Source: Macrostomum lignano (Eukaryota). From it: a stretch of DNA of 64,000 bases. The stretch spans positions 67,904 through 131,903 of the forward strand of contig NIVC01000417.1 in assembly GCA_002269645.1 (NCBI GenBank). Direction: 5' to 3'. The notes beneath the pieces were generated by a model that saw only the letters and a list, made by a program, of their open reading frames with translations, ran no database searches and had not been told where the DNA came from. Both the position numbers and the translations under genes were made by a program. Positions within the stretch are counted from its first letter, which is position 1; every line of letters starts with the position of its first letter. Shown in pieces: positions 35,437 to 48,137 of the stretch.

Positions 35437-37728
35437 ATTACATAGATTTCACCAGATATTTTTGAGATAGAAACCATATTTTTGCATGCTAATTTTATTA
35501 CCTAGCTGGTTGAATCTGATAAATTTAATTACAACAAATCCATGATTTTAGGGTAAGTCCGGTATTTCTATTTGATTTCTTAGGAACTTTTTAATGAGCA
35601 GATTACAGTTGGACAGGAAATGTCCTGAAGGCGAGCTCACTTGTGTAGTTTTTGGCAGCACTGCAAAAAATACAGTTGTGCTAATTCAAGATTTTAACAT
35701 AGAAAATGGTGTAAAATATAATACGCTCGTAAGAATTTACAATTTAAAAAAAATATTGAATTTTACGGAAAATTAAATATAGGACACCAGCATACCTATT
35801 TTTTTCACATGTTATAGGGCTGTTTATTATTAAGAAAATCCCACCGCTGTTACCAAATTTGTTACAGGGGTCTTGGGGGAGTGAAGTTTTCCTATTGCTG
35901 ACACCAAATTGTTGTAGGGTTCTGTCTCTCTGTTTAATAATCTCACTGCTGCAACCAAATTTGTTGTAGGGTAAGTTATGGGATTCTTGGGGATTTCTGA
36001 TAGATATGCTAGTTTTATTACTAATAGGAGTAAGCCAATGGTTGCTCCTGGTGGCGTGAGTGTCCGAGCGGCAAGACACAATCTATATTAACTTAACTAG
36101 TCCGAGGGAATAAAGATGGGAGAGGGGAATTAAGGGCTTCGCGATGGATCAGAGTTGCCTGGGAAAGCACACTAATGGGGAACTTCTAAATACTAATAGG
36201 GAATGCTGACAGCATTAGATAAGAAGGCAATCTGCCTAATGAATGTGGGAAATTTCTACGAGGAAGGGTCGGGAGCGGGGATCACCTAACGGCCCGCCGC
36301 TAGCGGAGCCCATCCCACGCTAAAAATAGCCCGTTAACGGGACCCAGCCCACGGTGGGATGGGCTCCCTTAGCGGGGGCCAGCCCACGAGCGGAGAGGGA
36401 GAGGTGGGGTGGGTGTTGGGTGAGTGTGGAACGCCAGTGCGCACTAGCGTACTAGCACTGTACTAGCAATGAAGCTAGCTGAAAACACTGCACATCCGTG
36501 ACTCATTTCTCGTATATTAATGTATGCTGGATGAAGACGGCTCTTTGTCTTTCCCAACTCTCCCAAAATTAAAAAACTCCTAGAACGCATTTCGTTTTAA
36601 GCTGCAAGGAATTGTATTCTTTAAAGAAACGCGTTTCATTCAACGTATAGTTTCTACTTTTTAATACATATCATTTATCAAACTATTTGACTCAGTTGAA
36701 TCTTTAAGATCTTGAGATTTATTCTTAATACGCTCGTAAGGCTTTCGTTATTTCTTTATTCCAAAGGTAAGCAAACGTTGGTTCTTAATTTGCATTGTAC
36801 TCATTGTATTTTCTTTTATGTCTAGCTTATAATTGCAATATGCTAGGAATCTTATATTCTTCCAAAACCTTAAAGGTGGAAATATGGTCAAAGAAAAATA
36901 GTACAGGCGCAAGAAGTGAGGACGACTAGCCATCCATTTCGTTTCAAACGTAAAAGATTTAAAAAAACAAACTTAGCAAAGTAAGGTACTAAGCGAGATA
37001 TTCTAAAATTGACAGACAGGCTAATTTCCTAATTCGCAGAATCGCTGAGTCCCAGTTTTCTAATTTCTATAGATTGGACTTGTCCTTTAGCAGTTATCTT
37101 TATTTTCAGAATACTCGTATACTGCATCCGTTTGTAAATATTGTCAAAAAAGGCGGAAAAATAAATTTTGAAGTTCCGCACAAAGTTAAAAAATTACGAA
37201 TTTGAACAAAATTTAAATTCACGCGGATATTCAACATCTCACGTTCGTTAAATTCTGGCAATCTGGCGCCCCCTTTGGCACTTCATTGGCCCTGAAATAC
37301 TTGAATTGTGGTTGCTGTATGATCTTATTTCCTTTTCTAGTTTAGGAAGTCAAATAAAGAGTAAAGTAGTCAAATAAATTGATCTTATGCTGGAGTACAA
37401 TGAGATACTGAATGTTAGCATTTTAAGCAAAGCGATAATATTGTTTGGAATTCTGTTTACACTAGAGCAAACTGATCTTTCGGACCCGCTCGTATTTAAG
37501 ATAAAACTTTGAAAATAAAACAAAAATGGTAGAAAAGAAACAATTAAAAAGGGATAATAATTACCCAGTGTTGGGCACGATACTCAGAAAAAGTATCGGT
37601 TAAAAGCGATACTCTGATACCCTTTCTGAAAAAATATCGCCCTTCGATACATATCGGCTGTTTTGTGATTTTAATTTACAGTTGCTCAGGTTGCACTAAA
37701 GTCGCAATCCGCCGCAATCAACCCGCAG

Positions 37729-37902
37729 GTGACAGAATCCGCTGCCAGCAGACCTCATGGCTGGCTAGCCGTGGTTTGGCTACTCGGGACGCTGTTCACC
37801 TCCCCTGCTGAACGAGGCCATCGCTGATTTTGTCCGCTAAGATGGCGTTCCGCGACGATGGCCGGCCGGCGGCCACGTTCTGATGCTTGACGGCGCCGCC
37901 TA
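37729..37902 (+). pseudogene. Probable captured KDM3-like exon remnant (pre-JmjC region); second copy at 49584-49757
   Basis: GC-rich block bounded by CCCGCAG and GTGAGT; GVPRRWPAGGHVLMLDG weakly resembles the P(H/x)SW....LLxLxD segment preceding the KDM3 JmjC domain; in-frame TAA. Confidence 0.4.
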
Positions 37903-38021
37903 GTGAGTCATTGCATCCTACCACAACAGATAAGCACATTCCATCCATAATTGACTCGTCTAAAACAAATAGCCCCAGTCGTAATCCATAAATCCTTATC
38001 TGATTACAACTGTATCGTAAA

Positions 38022-38108
38022 TTCTGAATTGTACTTCTGAATTGTACTTCTGAATTGTACTTCTGAATTGTACTTCTGAATTGTACTTCTGAATTGTACT
38101 TCTGAATT
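38022..38108. repeat. 13-bp repeat TTCTGAATTGTAC x6.7 (also 49877-49963)
   Basis: Direct reading. Confidence 0.95.
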
Positions 38109-38525
38109 AACACCCCTCGTAAATTGAATTGCGAAGTATAAAAGTTCAGTAAAACAGAAATACTGAAGTATACTGAACTGACTAAAAATGACACTTTTAA
38201 AATATTTCGCAACAGCTGTAGCCAGGGGCGCGGATTTAGGGCTCTGGTGGGAGCGCCACTCCTCCCAGCGCTCCCTAGGAACTTTTATTACCTGGATACC
38301 TAGGTACTTCTTCCTAGGTACTAGAATTTACCTTGGCTAGTAATCGACATACTGATTTACTTTGCTAAAATTCTACAGTTTTTGACGCAAGCAAGGCTGG
38401 GCCGTTAAATCATTGATGAAACAAGTTACAACCTTAGAAACTGTAAATTAATATCACAAAACAGCCGACATGTATCGAAGCAACGAAACTAACCAGTCAA
38501 AAACACATTTTGCACTCTCATCCAG

Positions 38526-38718
38526 ATTCTGCCCGATCGCTACGAGGGCTTCTAGCGCGCTCTGCCGTTGCCGGAGTGCAGAGGGCGAGATTGCCGCCTG
38601 GCCACTCGGCTGCCGGCATTCTTTGTCCAGCCGGACCTGGAGCCCAGGATGTACAACGCCTATGGCCTGGCCGCTGCAATGTCATAGGGGCACCACAAAC
38701 CTGCACTTGGATATCGCC
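38526..38718 (+). pseudogene. KDM3: Captured KDM3/JMJD1 JmjC exon fragment, copy 1
   Basis: After TCCAG acceptor: ILPDRYEGF*RALPLPE...[23 protein letters not shown], then +1 frame GTTNLHLDI; matches KDM3 MPxRFEDL..LPLPEY..LASRLP.FVRPDLGPKMYNAYG..GTTNLHLDV. In-frame TAG at 38553 and a frameshift near 38670-38685. Symbol is family-level. Confidence 0.88.
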
Positions 38719-39140
38719 TGGATACTTTGGTCACCATAGCAACATTAATAGAAAATGAGAAGCAGATGAATGTTTATTTAAAACCAGTTTGATTACTTTT
38801 ATCCCAGATTTAGACTATGAAACACCCGATGGCCGATATGATACGAACTAAGTTTTGTTATTTTTCAGTTTCAACTGCTCCTGTCTTTTCGTGGTTCATA
38901 TTTTCAGAATTTAACTAGCAATCAGCGCCCCCCCCCTTGGGGAGCCAAAAAATGCAGTACGAGTTTTTTTAATAAACTACATGTAGATTGTAGTGTCTCT
39001 TTGCAATAACCTCAGCAATCGCTTGTAAGCGTTGACATCTCAGCAATTCCTCCCCCACAAGTCTTAACATATCAAACCCCCCCCCCTTGAAATCTGAGCG
39101 ATGACCCCCATAAGCCTTGAAATCTTAAAAAATCTGTCAA

Positions 39141-39170
39141 CCCTAACCCTAACCCTAACCCTAACCCTAA
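39141..39170. repeat. Interstitial telomere-type repeat (CCCTAA)5 (also 50997-51026)
   Basis: Five perfect hexamers. Confidence 0.9.
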
Positions 39171-39539
39171 AGCATTGCCATTTTAGTAATTCTCCCCAAG
39201 AGTCATTATAACATTACAGCATTATAGCAATTCCTCCAAGCCTTGACATCGTAGCGATTCCCAAATGAATCTCCTAACTTCGACATGACTCTTCTTTTAT
39301 ATCTACTTTCATCTGTTTAAAATGACGCTTCTTCTATTAGCGCCCCTCGTGGGGAACTAACAAAGAATGTAATAAAAAAGTGAATAAACTACATGTAGCT
39401 TCTGAATTTTACCTAGACATCTCAAAAATCCCTCATAAGCATTTACGAGTACATCTCAGTTATTCCCCGTGAGCCTTAACATCTTAGTAATTCTCCTCAA
39501 GAGTCACAGCACAGTTTCACGTGACTCTTCTTTTATTTT

Positions 39540-40230
39540 GAAATGACGCTACTTTTTGACATGACGCTTCTTTACATGATACTTATTGATTTTTACGTAA
39601 TGCTTCTATTTTTTTACATTTTTTTACTTTTTTCATTTTTCCATAAAGCTCATTTTCTTTTCTACATGACGCCTCTGTTATTTTTACCGGACGCTTTTAT
39701 GATTTTTTACATGACGCTTTTATGATTTTTTACATGACGCTTCTATGATTGTTTACATGACGCTTATATGATTGTTTACATGACGCTTCTATGATTTTTA
39801 CATGACGCTTCTATGATTTTTACATGACGCTTCTATGATTTTTACATGACGCTTCTATGATTTTTTACATGACGCTTCTATGATTTTTTACATGACGCTT
39901 ATATGATTGTTTACATGACGCTTCTATGATTTTTTACATGACGCTTCTATGATTTTTACATGACGCTTCTATGATTGTTTACATGACGCTTCTATGATTT
40001 TTTACATGACGCTTCTATGATTTTTTACATGACGCTTCTATGATTTTTACATGACGCTTATATGATTGTTTACAGGACGCTTCTATGATTTATTACATTA
40101 TGCTTGTATGATTTTTACCGGACGCTTCTATGCTTTTTTACATGACGCTTCCATGATTGTTGACATGACGCTTCTATGATCGTTTACATGACGCTTCTAT
40201 GATTGTTTGCATGACGCTTCTTTCATTTAT
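39540..40230. repeat. 23/24-bp minisatellite ACATGACGCTTCTATGATT(T/G)TTT (also ~51395-52085)
   Basis: Direct reading. Confidence 0.95.
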
Positions 40231-40569
40231 ACATGACGCTTCTTTTTTTGCTTTTATTAGCTGTGTTTTGATATTAGAATACACATACAGGCGCAGTCCC
40301 AAGGCTTTTTGCCGAATTTTGCGGACACGTTTGTGGACAAGTCTGGCTTGAGTTTATGGTTTGACAGCCACTTTGACTTGTCATTTTCTTCTACCAAAAA
40401 CCGATTAAAGGCTTTCAAACCTTTCGATAAAAGGTGCCATAAATATTTATGCGAAGACTACATCTATATTTACTTGTATAGCTAAAGAAACTAGAACGTC
40501 AGAAGCTTCCCCTCACCATTCCCCTCTGAGGGATATAAACAAGTGCATCTTATCAGGGATAAGTAATTA

Positions 40570-43500
40570 GAAATCGTGGATTCGGATTCCAACATGAGGA
40601 ACCAGGGATATAAATTTAGAAATCGTGGATTCGGATTCCGAAATGAGGAATCAGGGATATGGAATTAAGAATCGTGGATTCAGATTCCAACATGAGGAAT
40701 CAGGGATATGGATTTAGGAATTGTGGATTCGGATTCCAACATGAGGAATCAGGGATATGGATTTAGGAATTGTGGATTCGGGTTCCAAAACGAGGAATCA
40801 GGGATAGGGATTCGGAATCGGGGATTGAGATAAAAAAAAATGAGCTTCTCACGGTTCTATGATAGCTGGCAGTCTTTCAAACATTTAGAAAAAGGTGCCA
40901 TAAGCTCCTCTCTGCCTTATGAATTATGATATCTGACCCAGTCTTTCAAGTTTCTTGCAAAAGGTGCCATATGCCCTTCTGGAAAGGGAATTAAGAATCG
41001 TGGATTCGGATTCCAACATGAGGAATCAGGGATATGGAATTAGGAATCGTGGATTCGGGTTCCAAAACGAGGAATAAGGGATAGGGATTCGGAATCGGGG
41101 ATTGAGATTAAAAAATGAGCTTCTCACGGTTCTATGATAGCTGGCAGTCTTTCAAACATTTAGAAAAAGGTGCCATAATAAGCTCCTCTCTGCCTTATGA
41201 ATTATGATAGATGATCCAGTCTTTCAAACATTTAGAAAAAGGTGCCATAAGCTCCTCTCTGCCTTATGAATTATGATATCTGACCCAGTCTTTCAAGTTT
41301 CTTGCAAAAGGTGCCATATGCTTTTCTGGGAAAGGGAACTAAAAATCGTGGATTCGGATTCCAAAATGAGGAATCGGAATATGGAATTAGAAATTGTGGA
41401 TTAGGGTTCCAAAATGAGGAATCAGGGATATGGAATTAGAAATTGTGGATTCGGATTCCAAAATGAGGAATCAGGGATATGGAATTAAGAATCGTGGATT
41501 CGGATTCCAAAATGAGGAATCGGGGATATGGAATTAGAAATTGTGGATTCGGGTTCCAAAATGAGGAATCAGGGATATGGAACTAGAAATTGTGGATTCG
41601 GATTCCAACATGAGGAATCAGGGATATGGAATTAGGAATCGTGGATTCAGATTCCAACATGAGGAATCAGGGATATGGAATTAAGAATCGTGGATTCGGA
41701 TTCCAAAATGAGGAATCGGGGATAGGGATTTGGAATCGGGGATTGAGATTAAAAAATGAGCTTCTCACGGTTCTATGATAGCTGGCAGTCTTTCAAACAT
41801 TTAGAAAAAGGTGCCATAAGCTCCTCTCTGCCTTATGAATTATGATATCTGACCCAGTCTTTCAAGTTTCTTGCAAAAGGTGCCATATGCCCTTCTGGAA
41901 AGGGAATTAAGAATCGTGGATTCGGATTCCAACATGAGGAATCAGGAATATGGAATTAGGAATCGTGGATTCGGGTTCCAAAACGAGGAATAAGGGATAG
42001 GGATTCGGAATCGGGGATTGAGATTAAAAAATGAGCTTCTCACGGTTCTATGATAGCTGGCAGTCTTTCAAACATTTAGAAAAAGGTGCCATAATAAGCT
42101 CCTCTCTGCCTTATGAATTATGATAGATGATCCAGTCTTTCAAACATTTAGAAAAAGGTGCCATAAGCTCCTCTCTGCCTTATGAATTATGATATCTGAC
42201 CCAGTCTTTCAAGTTTCTTGCAAAAGGTGCCATATGCCCTTCTGGAAAGGGAATTAAGAATCGTGGATTCGGATTCCAACATGAGGAATCAGGGATATTG
42301 AATTAGGAATCGTGGATTCGGATTCCAACATGAGGAATCAGGGATATTGATTTAGGAATTGTGGATTCGGATTCCAACATGAGGAATCAGGGATAGGGAT
42401 TTAGGAATTGTGGATTCGGATTCCAAAATGAGGAATCAGGGATATGGAATTAGGAATCGTGGATTCGGATTCCAACATGAGGAATCAGGGATATGGAATT
42501 AGGAATCGTAGATTCAGATTCCAACATGAGGAATCAGGGATATGGAATTAAGAATCGTGGATTCGGATTCCAAAATGAGGAATCAGGGATATGGAATTAA
42601 GAATCGTGGATTCGGATTCCAAAATGAGGAATCAGGGATATGGAATTAGAAATTGCGGATTCGGGTTCCAAAATGAGGAATCAGGGATATGGAATTAGAA
42701 ATTGTGGATTCGGATTCCAACATGAGGAATCAGGGATATGGATTTAGGAATCGTGGATTCGGGTTCCAAAACGAGGAATCAGGGATAGGGATTCGGAATC
42801 GGGGATTGAGATTAAAAAATGAGCTTCTCACGGTTCTATGATAGCTGGCAGTCTTTCAAACATTTAGAAAAAGGTGCCATAAGCTCCTCTCTGCCTTATG
42901 AATTATGATAGATGATCCAGTCTTTCAAACATTTAGAAAAAGGTGCCATAAGCTCCTCTCTGCCTTATGAATTATGATATCTGACCCAGTCTTTCAAGTT
43001 TCTCGCAAAAGGTGCCATATGCCCTTCGGGAAAGGGAATTAAGAATCGTGGATTCGGATTCCAACATGAGGAATCAGGGATATTGAATTAGGAATCGTGG
43101 ATTCGGATTCCAACATGAGGAATCAGGGATATGGAATTAAGAATCGTGGATTCGGATTCCAAAATGAGGAATCAGGGATATGGAATTAGAAATTGTGGAT
43201 TCGGGTTCCAAAATGAGGAATCAGGGATATGGAATTAGAAATTGTGGATTCGGATTCCAACATGAGGAATCAGGGATATGGATTTAGGAATCGTGGATTC
43301 GGGTTCCAAAACGAGGAATAAGGGATAGGGATTCGGAATCGGGGATTGAGATTAAAAAATGAGCTTCTCACGGTTCTATGATAGCTGGCAGTCTTTCAAA
43401 CATTTAGAAAAAGGTGCCATAACAAGCTCCTCTCTGCCTTATGAATTATGATAGATGATCCAGTCTTTCAAACGTTTAGAAAAAGGTGCCATAAGCTCCT

Positions 43501-43620
43501 CTCTGCCTTATGAATTATGATATCTGACCCAGTCTTTCAAGTTTCTTGCAAAAGGTGCCATATGCCCTTCTGGGAAAGGGAATTAAGAATCGTGGATTGA
43601 GATTAAAAATGAGCTTTTCT
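40570..43620. repeat. Composite satellite of (49-bp)n + linker + (69-bp)2-3 blocks (also ~52425-54930)
   Basis: 49-bp unit GAATCGTGGATTCGGATTCCAACATGAGGAATCAGGGATATGGAATTAG; 69-bp unit starting AGTCTTTCAAACATTTAGAAAAAGGTGCC; linker GAGCTTCTCACGG occurs 6x in copy 1 and 5x in copy 2. Confidence 0.93.
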
Positions 43621-44309
43621 AGGTTCTATGATTTCTGGCAGTCTTTCAAACATTTAGACATTCAAACATTAAACATCAAATATTGTTTCATACATTATAT
43701 ATACTACACATTGTGGGATTACACGCAGGTGCGGTTTTAGTTGGGGGGGGGGTTAAAGGCCTATTCAAAGGCTTAATAAACTTCATTAGGAAGATTTCCG
43801 TCTGCGAAAACTCTGATTCCCGCCCTCATGCGCCCTATCTCCCCCCCCCCCCTACTCCTGTAGGTTAGGGTGATGAAAGATCAGAAGAGTGATATACTGT
43901 AAAGGAGAGGATCGCGAGATAGGACAATAGGTAGAGATACAGACTACCTATAGGGTAGGACGAGAGTAGCATGACTGAATGGCCTGGAGGAAGGTGATAA
44001 AAAGCGATAAAAGCGATATGGGCGATTCTGTGTGGCAACATAACTCATCACTAACAGTGCATCGAGTGGGTTAAAGATTAAGACAAAGGCATTGCACAAT
44101 TAAGTAGTAAAAGTAAATCATAAGTTAATTATAATAACTTCGTAAATCTCAGCAACATCGAAAAGTCGCCATCACAGAAGTCTGTGGTCGTCACTTTTGA
44201 AAGTGCAGGTGAAGTCTCTCAATCTTTGCGAGTGACGCAACGCCACGCGGCAGACTTGAGTTGAGGAATGAAGTGGGGGAGCGGTGTGCGAGGGTTGAAC
44301 GGATTAAAG

Positions 44310-44510
44310 CAGCGGTTCTCAACCTTTTTTTCAGGCGACCCCAATTTATTCACTTGCATCATTTTTAATGTTCGCGACCCCTTTTAAAGTTAATATACAT
44401 GTAATGCATTATTTTGTATGACAAACTCACACATTTCTTCGTGCTGCGACCCCCAGAAAATGGTCACGCAACCCCACTGGGGGTCGCGACCCATAGATTG
44501 AGAACCACTG
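44310..44510. mobile_element. hAT MITE nested in the giant element (also 55622-55821)
   Basis: TIRs CAGCGGTTCTCAA / TTGAGAACCACTG; perfect 8-bp TSD GATTAAAG; internal GCGACCCC motifs. Confidence 0.92.
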
Positions 44511-44814
44511 GATTAAAGCTACCTTGATTAGTTTATATCATATCTTTTATTTATAATATTTTAACTCACTCACTAATAATATATTACTCTCTGGCGCATA
44601 GAGTGGCGACTTTTCAATGTTGCTGAGTAACGATATTTAGTAGATCCTGAACTCTGAGCAAACAGTGATCTAGATGGAGTATACCTAATTGAAAAATAAT
44701 CAATAACAAAACAATAAACAATAACAAGTCCGAAAATGACACTTTTGATTTTTATAGTGCCAAATAGATATAAATCTGCGCTGATCCCTGAAGTCATGCC
44801 TTAAAGCCCAAAAA

Positions 44815-47580
44815 CGCTCGGAAAGCTCAAATCGGCGCTGGAAAGCTCAAATCGGCGCGGGAAAGCTCAAATTGGCGCCGGAAGTCAAATTTGGCGCCAG
44901 GATCACCAAATCGGCGCCAGGGATCGCCGAATCAGCGCCGGAATGCTGAAATCCGCTCGAGAAAACCTAAACCAGCGCTAGAGAGCTGAAACCAGCGCTA
45001 AAAAGCTCAAATCGGCGCGGGATAGCTCAAATTGGCGCAGGATAGCTCAAATTGGCGCAGGATAGCTCAAATTGGCGCAGGATAGCTCAAATTGGCGCCG
45101 GTCGGCGCCAGGATCACCGAATCAGCGTCGGAATGCTAAAATCAGCGCCAAAAAGCCCGGACCAGCGCTAGAAAGCTCAAATCGGCGCAGGATAGCTCAA
45201 ATTGGCGCGGGAAGTCAAATTTGGCGCCAGGATCACCAAATCGGCGCCAGGATCGCTGAATAAGAGCCGGAAAGCTGAAAACAGCGCCAAAAAGCCCGGA
45301 CCAGCGTTGGAAAGCTCAAATCGGCGCAAGATAGCTAAAATTGGCGCGTGAAAGCTCAAATTGGCGCCGGAAGTCAAATTTGGCGTCAGGATCACCAAAT
45401 CGGCGCCAGTATCGCCAAATCAGCGCTAAAAAGCCCGGACCAGCGCTGGAAAGCTCAAATAGGCGCGGGAAAGCTCAAATTGGCGCCGGAAGTCAAATTT
45501 GGCGCCAGGGTCACCAAATCAGCGCCAGAATGCTAAAATCAGCGCCTAAAAAGCCCGGACCAGCGCTAGAAAGCTCAAATCGGCGCAGGATAGCTCAAAT
45601 TGGCGCGGGAAGTCAAATTTGGCGTCAGGATCACCAAATCGGCGCCAGTATCGCCAAATCAGCGCTAAAAAGCCCGGACCAGCGCTGGAAAGCTCAAATA
45701 GGCGCGGGAAAGCTCAAATTGGCGCCGGAAGTCAAATTTGGCGCCAGGGTCACCAAATCAGCGCCAGAATGCTAAAATCAGCGCCAAAAAGCCCGGACCA
45801 GCGCTAGAAAGCTCAAATCGGCGCAGGATAGCTCAAATTGGCGCGGGAAGTCAAATTTGGCGCCAGGATCACTAAATCGGCGCCAGGATCGCTGAATAAG
45901 AGCCGGAATGCTGAAAATAGCGCCAAAAAGCCCGGATCCAGCGTTGGAAAGCTGAAATCGGCGCAAGATAGCTAAAATTGGCGCGTGAAAGCTCAAATTG
46001 GCGCCGAAAGTCAAATTTGGCGCCAGGATCGCCGAATCGGCGCCAGAATCATCAAATCGGCGCCAGGATCGCTGAATCAGCGCCGAAATGCTGAAATCAG
46101 CTCAAGAAAACCTAAACCAGCGCTAGAAAGCTCAAATCGGCGCAGGATAGCTCAAATAGGCGCGGGAAAGCTCAAATTGGCGCCGGAAGTCAAATTTGGC
46201 GCCAGGGTCACCAAATCGGCGCCAGGATCGCTGAATCAGCGCCGGAATGCTGAAATCAGCTCAAGAAAACCTAAACCAGCGCTAGAAAGCTCAAATCAGC
46301 TCTAGAAAGCTCAAATCGGCGCAGGATAGCTCAAATTGGCGCGGGAAAGCTCAATTTGGCGCTGAAAGTCAAATTTGGCGCCAGGATCACTAAATCGGCG
46401 CGAGGATCGCCAAATCAGCGTTGGAATGCTGAAATCAGCGCCATAAAGCCCGGACCAGCGCTGGAAAGCTTAACTTGGCGCGGTAAAGCTCAAATTGGCG
46501 CCGAAAGTCAAATTTGGCGCCAGGATCGCCGAATCGGCGCCAGGATCATCAAATCGGCGCCAGGATCGCTGAATCAGCGCCGAAATGCTGAAATCAGCTC
46601 AAGAAAACCTAAACCAGCGCTAGAAAGCTCAAATCGGCGCAGGATAGCGCAAATCGGCGCGGGAAAGCTCAAATTGGCGCCGGAAGTCAAATTTGGCGCT
46701 AGGATCACCAAATCGGCGCCAGGATCGCTGAATCAGCGCCGAAATGCTGAAATCAGCTCAAGAAAACCTAAACCAGCGCTAGAAAGCTCAAATCGGCGCA
46801 GGATAGCGCAAATCGGCGCGGGAAAGCTCAAATTGGCGCCGGAAGTCAAATTTGGCGCCAGGATCACCAAATCGGCGCCAGGATCGCTGAATCAGCGCCG
46901 GAATGCTGAAATTAGCTCAAGAAAACCTAAACCAGCGCTAGAAAGCTCAAATCGGCGCAGGATAGCGCAAATCGGCGCGGGAAAGCTCAAATTGGCGCCG
47001 GAAGTCAAATTTGGCGCCAGGATCACCAAATCGGCGCCAGGATCGCCGAATTAGCGCCGGAATGCTGAAATCAGCTTGAGAAGACCTTAACTAGCGCTGG
47101 AAAGCTCAAATTGGCGCTAAAAAGCCCGGACCAGCGCTTGAAAGCTCAAATAGGCGCGGGAAAGCTCAAATTGGCGCCGGAAGTCAAATTTGGCGCCAGG
47201 GTCACCAAATCGGCGCCAGGATCGCTGAATCAGCGCCGAAATGCTGAAATCAGCTCAAGAAAACCTAAACCAGCGCTAGAAAGCTCAAATCGGCGCAGGA
47301 TAGCGCAAATCGGCGCGGGAAAGCTCAAATTGGCGCCGGAAGTCTAATTTGGCGCCAGGATCACCAAATCGGCGCCAGGATCGCCGAATTAGCGCCGGAA
47401 TGCTGAAATCAGCTTGAGAAGACCTTAACTAGCGCTGGAAAGCTCAAATTGGCGCTAGAAAGCTCAAATCGGCGCAGGATAGCTCAAATTGGCGCGGGAA
47501 AGCTCAATTTGGCGCCTAAAGTCAAATTTGGCGCCAGGATCACCAAATCGGCGCCAGGATCCCCAAATCAGCGCTGGAAT
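44815..47580. repeat. GC-rich composite satellite, ~20-bp GGCGCC-containing subunits forming a 159-bp higher-order unit (also ~56126-58891)
   Basis: Subunits AAAGCTCAAAT(C/T)GGCGC; the 53-aa periodicity of the 46356 ORF equals 159 bp. Confidence 0.9.
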
Positions 47581-48137
47581 GTGCCAACGAGTGTAGAAGT
47601 GGCAGCATATATCAGCTTGCTACTTCTGGGCGCCAAGTTTAATATACCGGCGCCAATTTCAGCCTTTGGGCGCCAATTTTAGCGCCCTGGCAAGGTCAAT
47701 GCATTTAGTTCTCACTCAATGGAGCCGAAAAAAAAGTTTTTTTTCTATTTTGAATTAGTGCCATGTATCTTGACAACCAATGCGAGTCAAGTTCTGGCGT
47801 CTGCTTCTCCACAGCCCCGCAATGGCATATCCTAACCATTGTGGGCTGGCCCGCGCTAAGGGAGCCCACCCCACCGTGGGGCGGACCCCGCTAACGGGCT
47901 ATTTTTAGCGTGGGATGGGCTCCGCTAACGGGCGGCCATAAACTGGCGGGGATGCTTGGGGGAGGATCAGACTGTAAGTCCGAGGGAATAAGGCTGTACA
48001 CCTGTGCAGACAGAATGTCCACAAAGAGGGGAGAGGATTGAGGGGCGGGGCGTATATTCTCTGGGAAAGAGGAGGAAAGGGGAGCGGCTTGGCACCTAAC
48101 GGCTTCCCGCTAGCGGGACCCATCCCACGCAAAAAAT

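Larger units (their letters stand above)
36283..47945. mobile_element. Giant non-autonomous TIR DNA transposon, copy 1 (11,663 bp; hAT- or P-like)
   Basis: ~105-bp imperfect TIRs (CACCTAACGG... / ...CCATAAACTG); perfect 8-bp TSD GCGGGGAT at 36275-36282 and 47946-47953; no transposase ORF. Confidence 0.9.

Noticed and set aside
38470-38758. Track ORFs 38470, 38510 and 38518 as real genes
   Set aside because: Alternative frames over the broken KDM3 fragment; only the GTTNLHLD part of the 38470 ORF is homologous.
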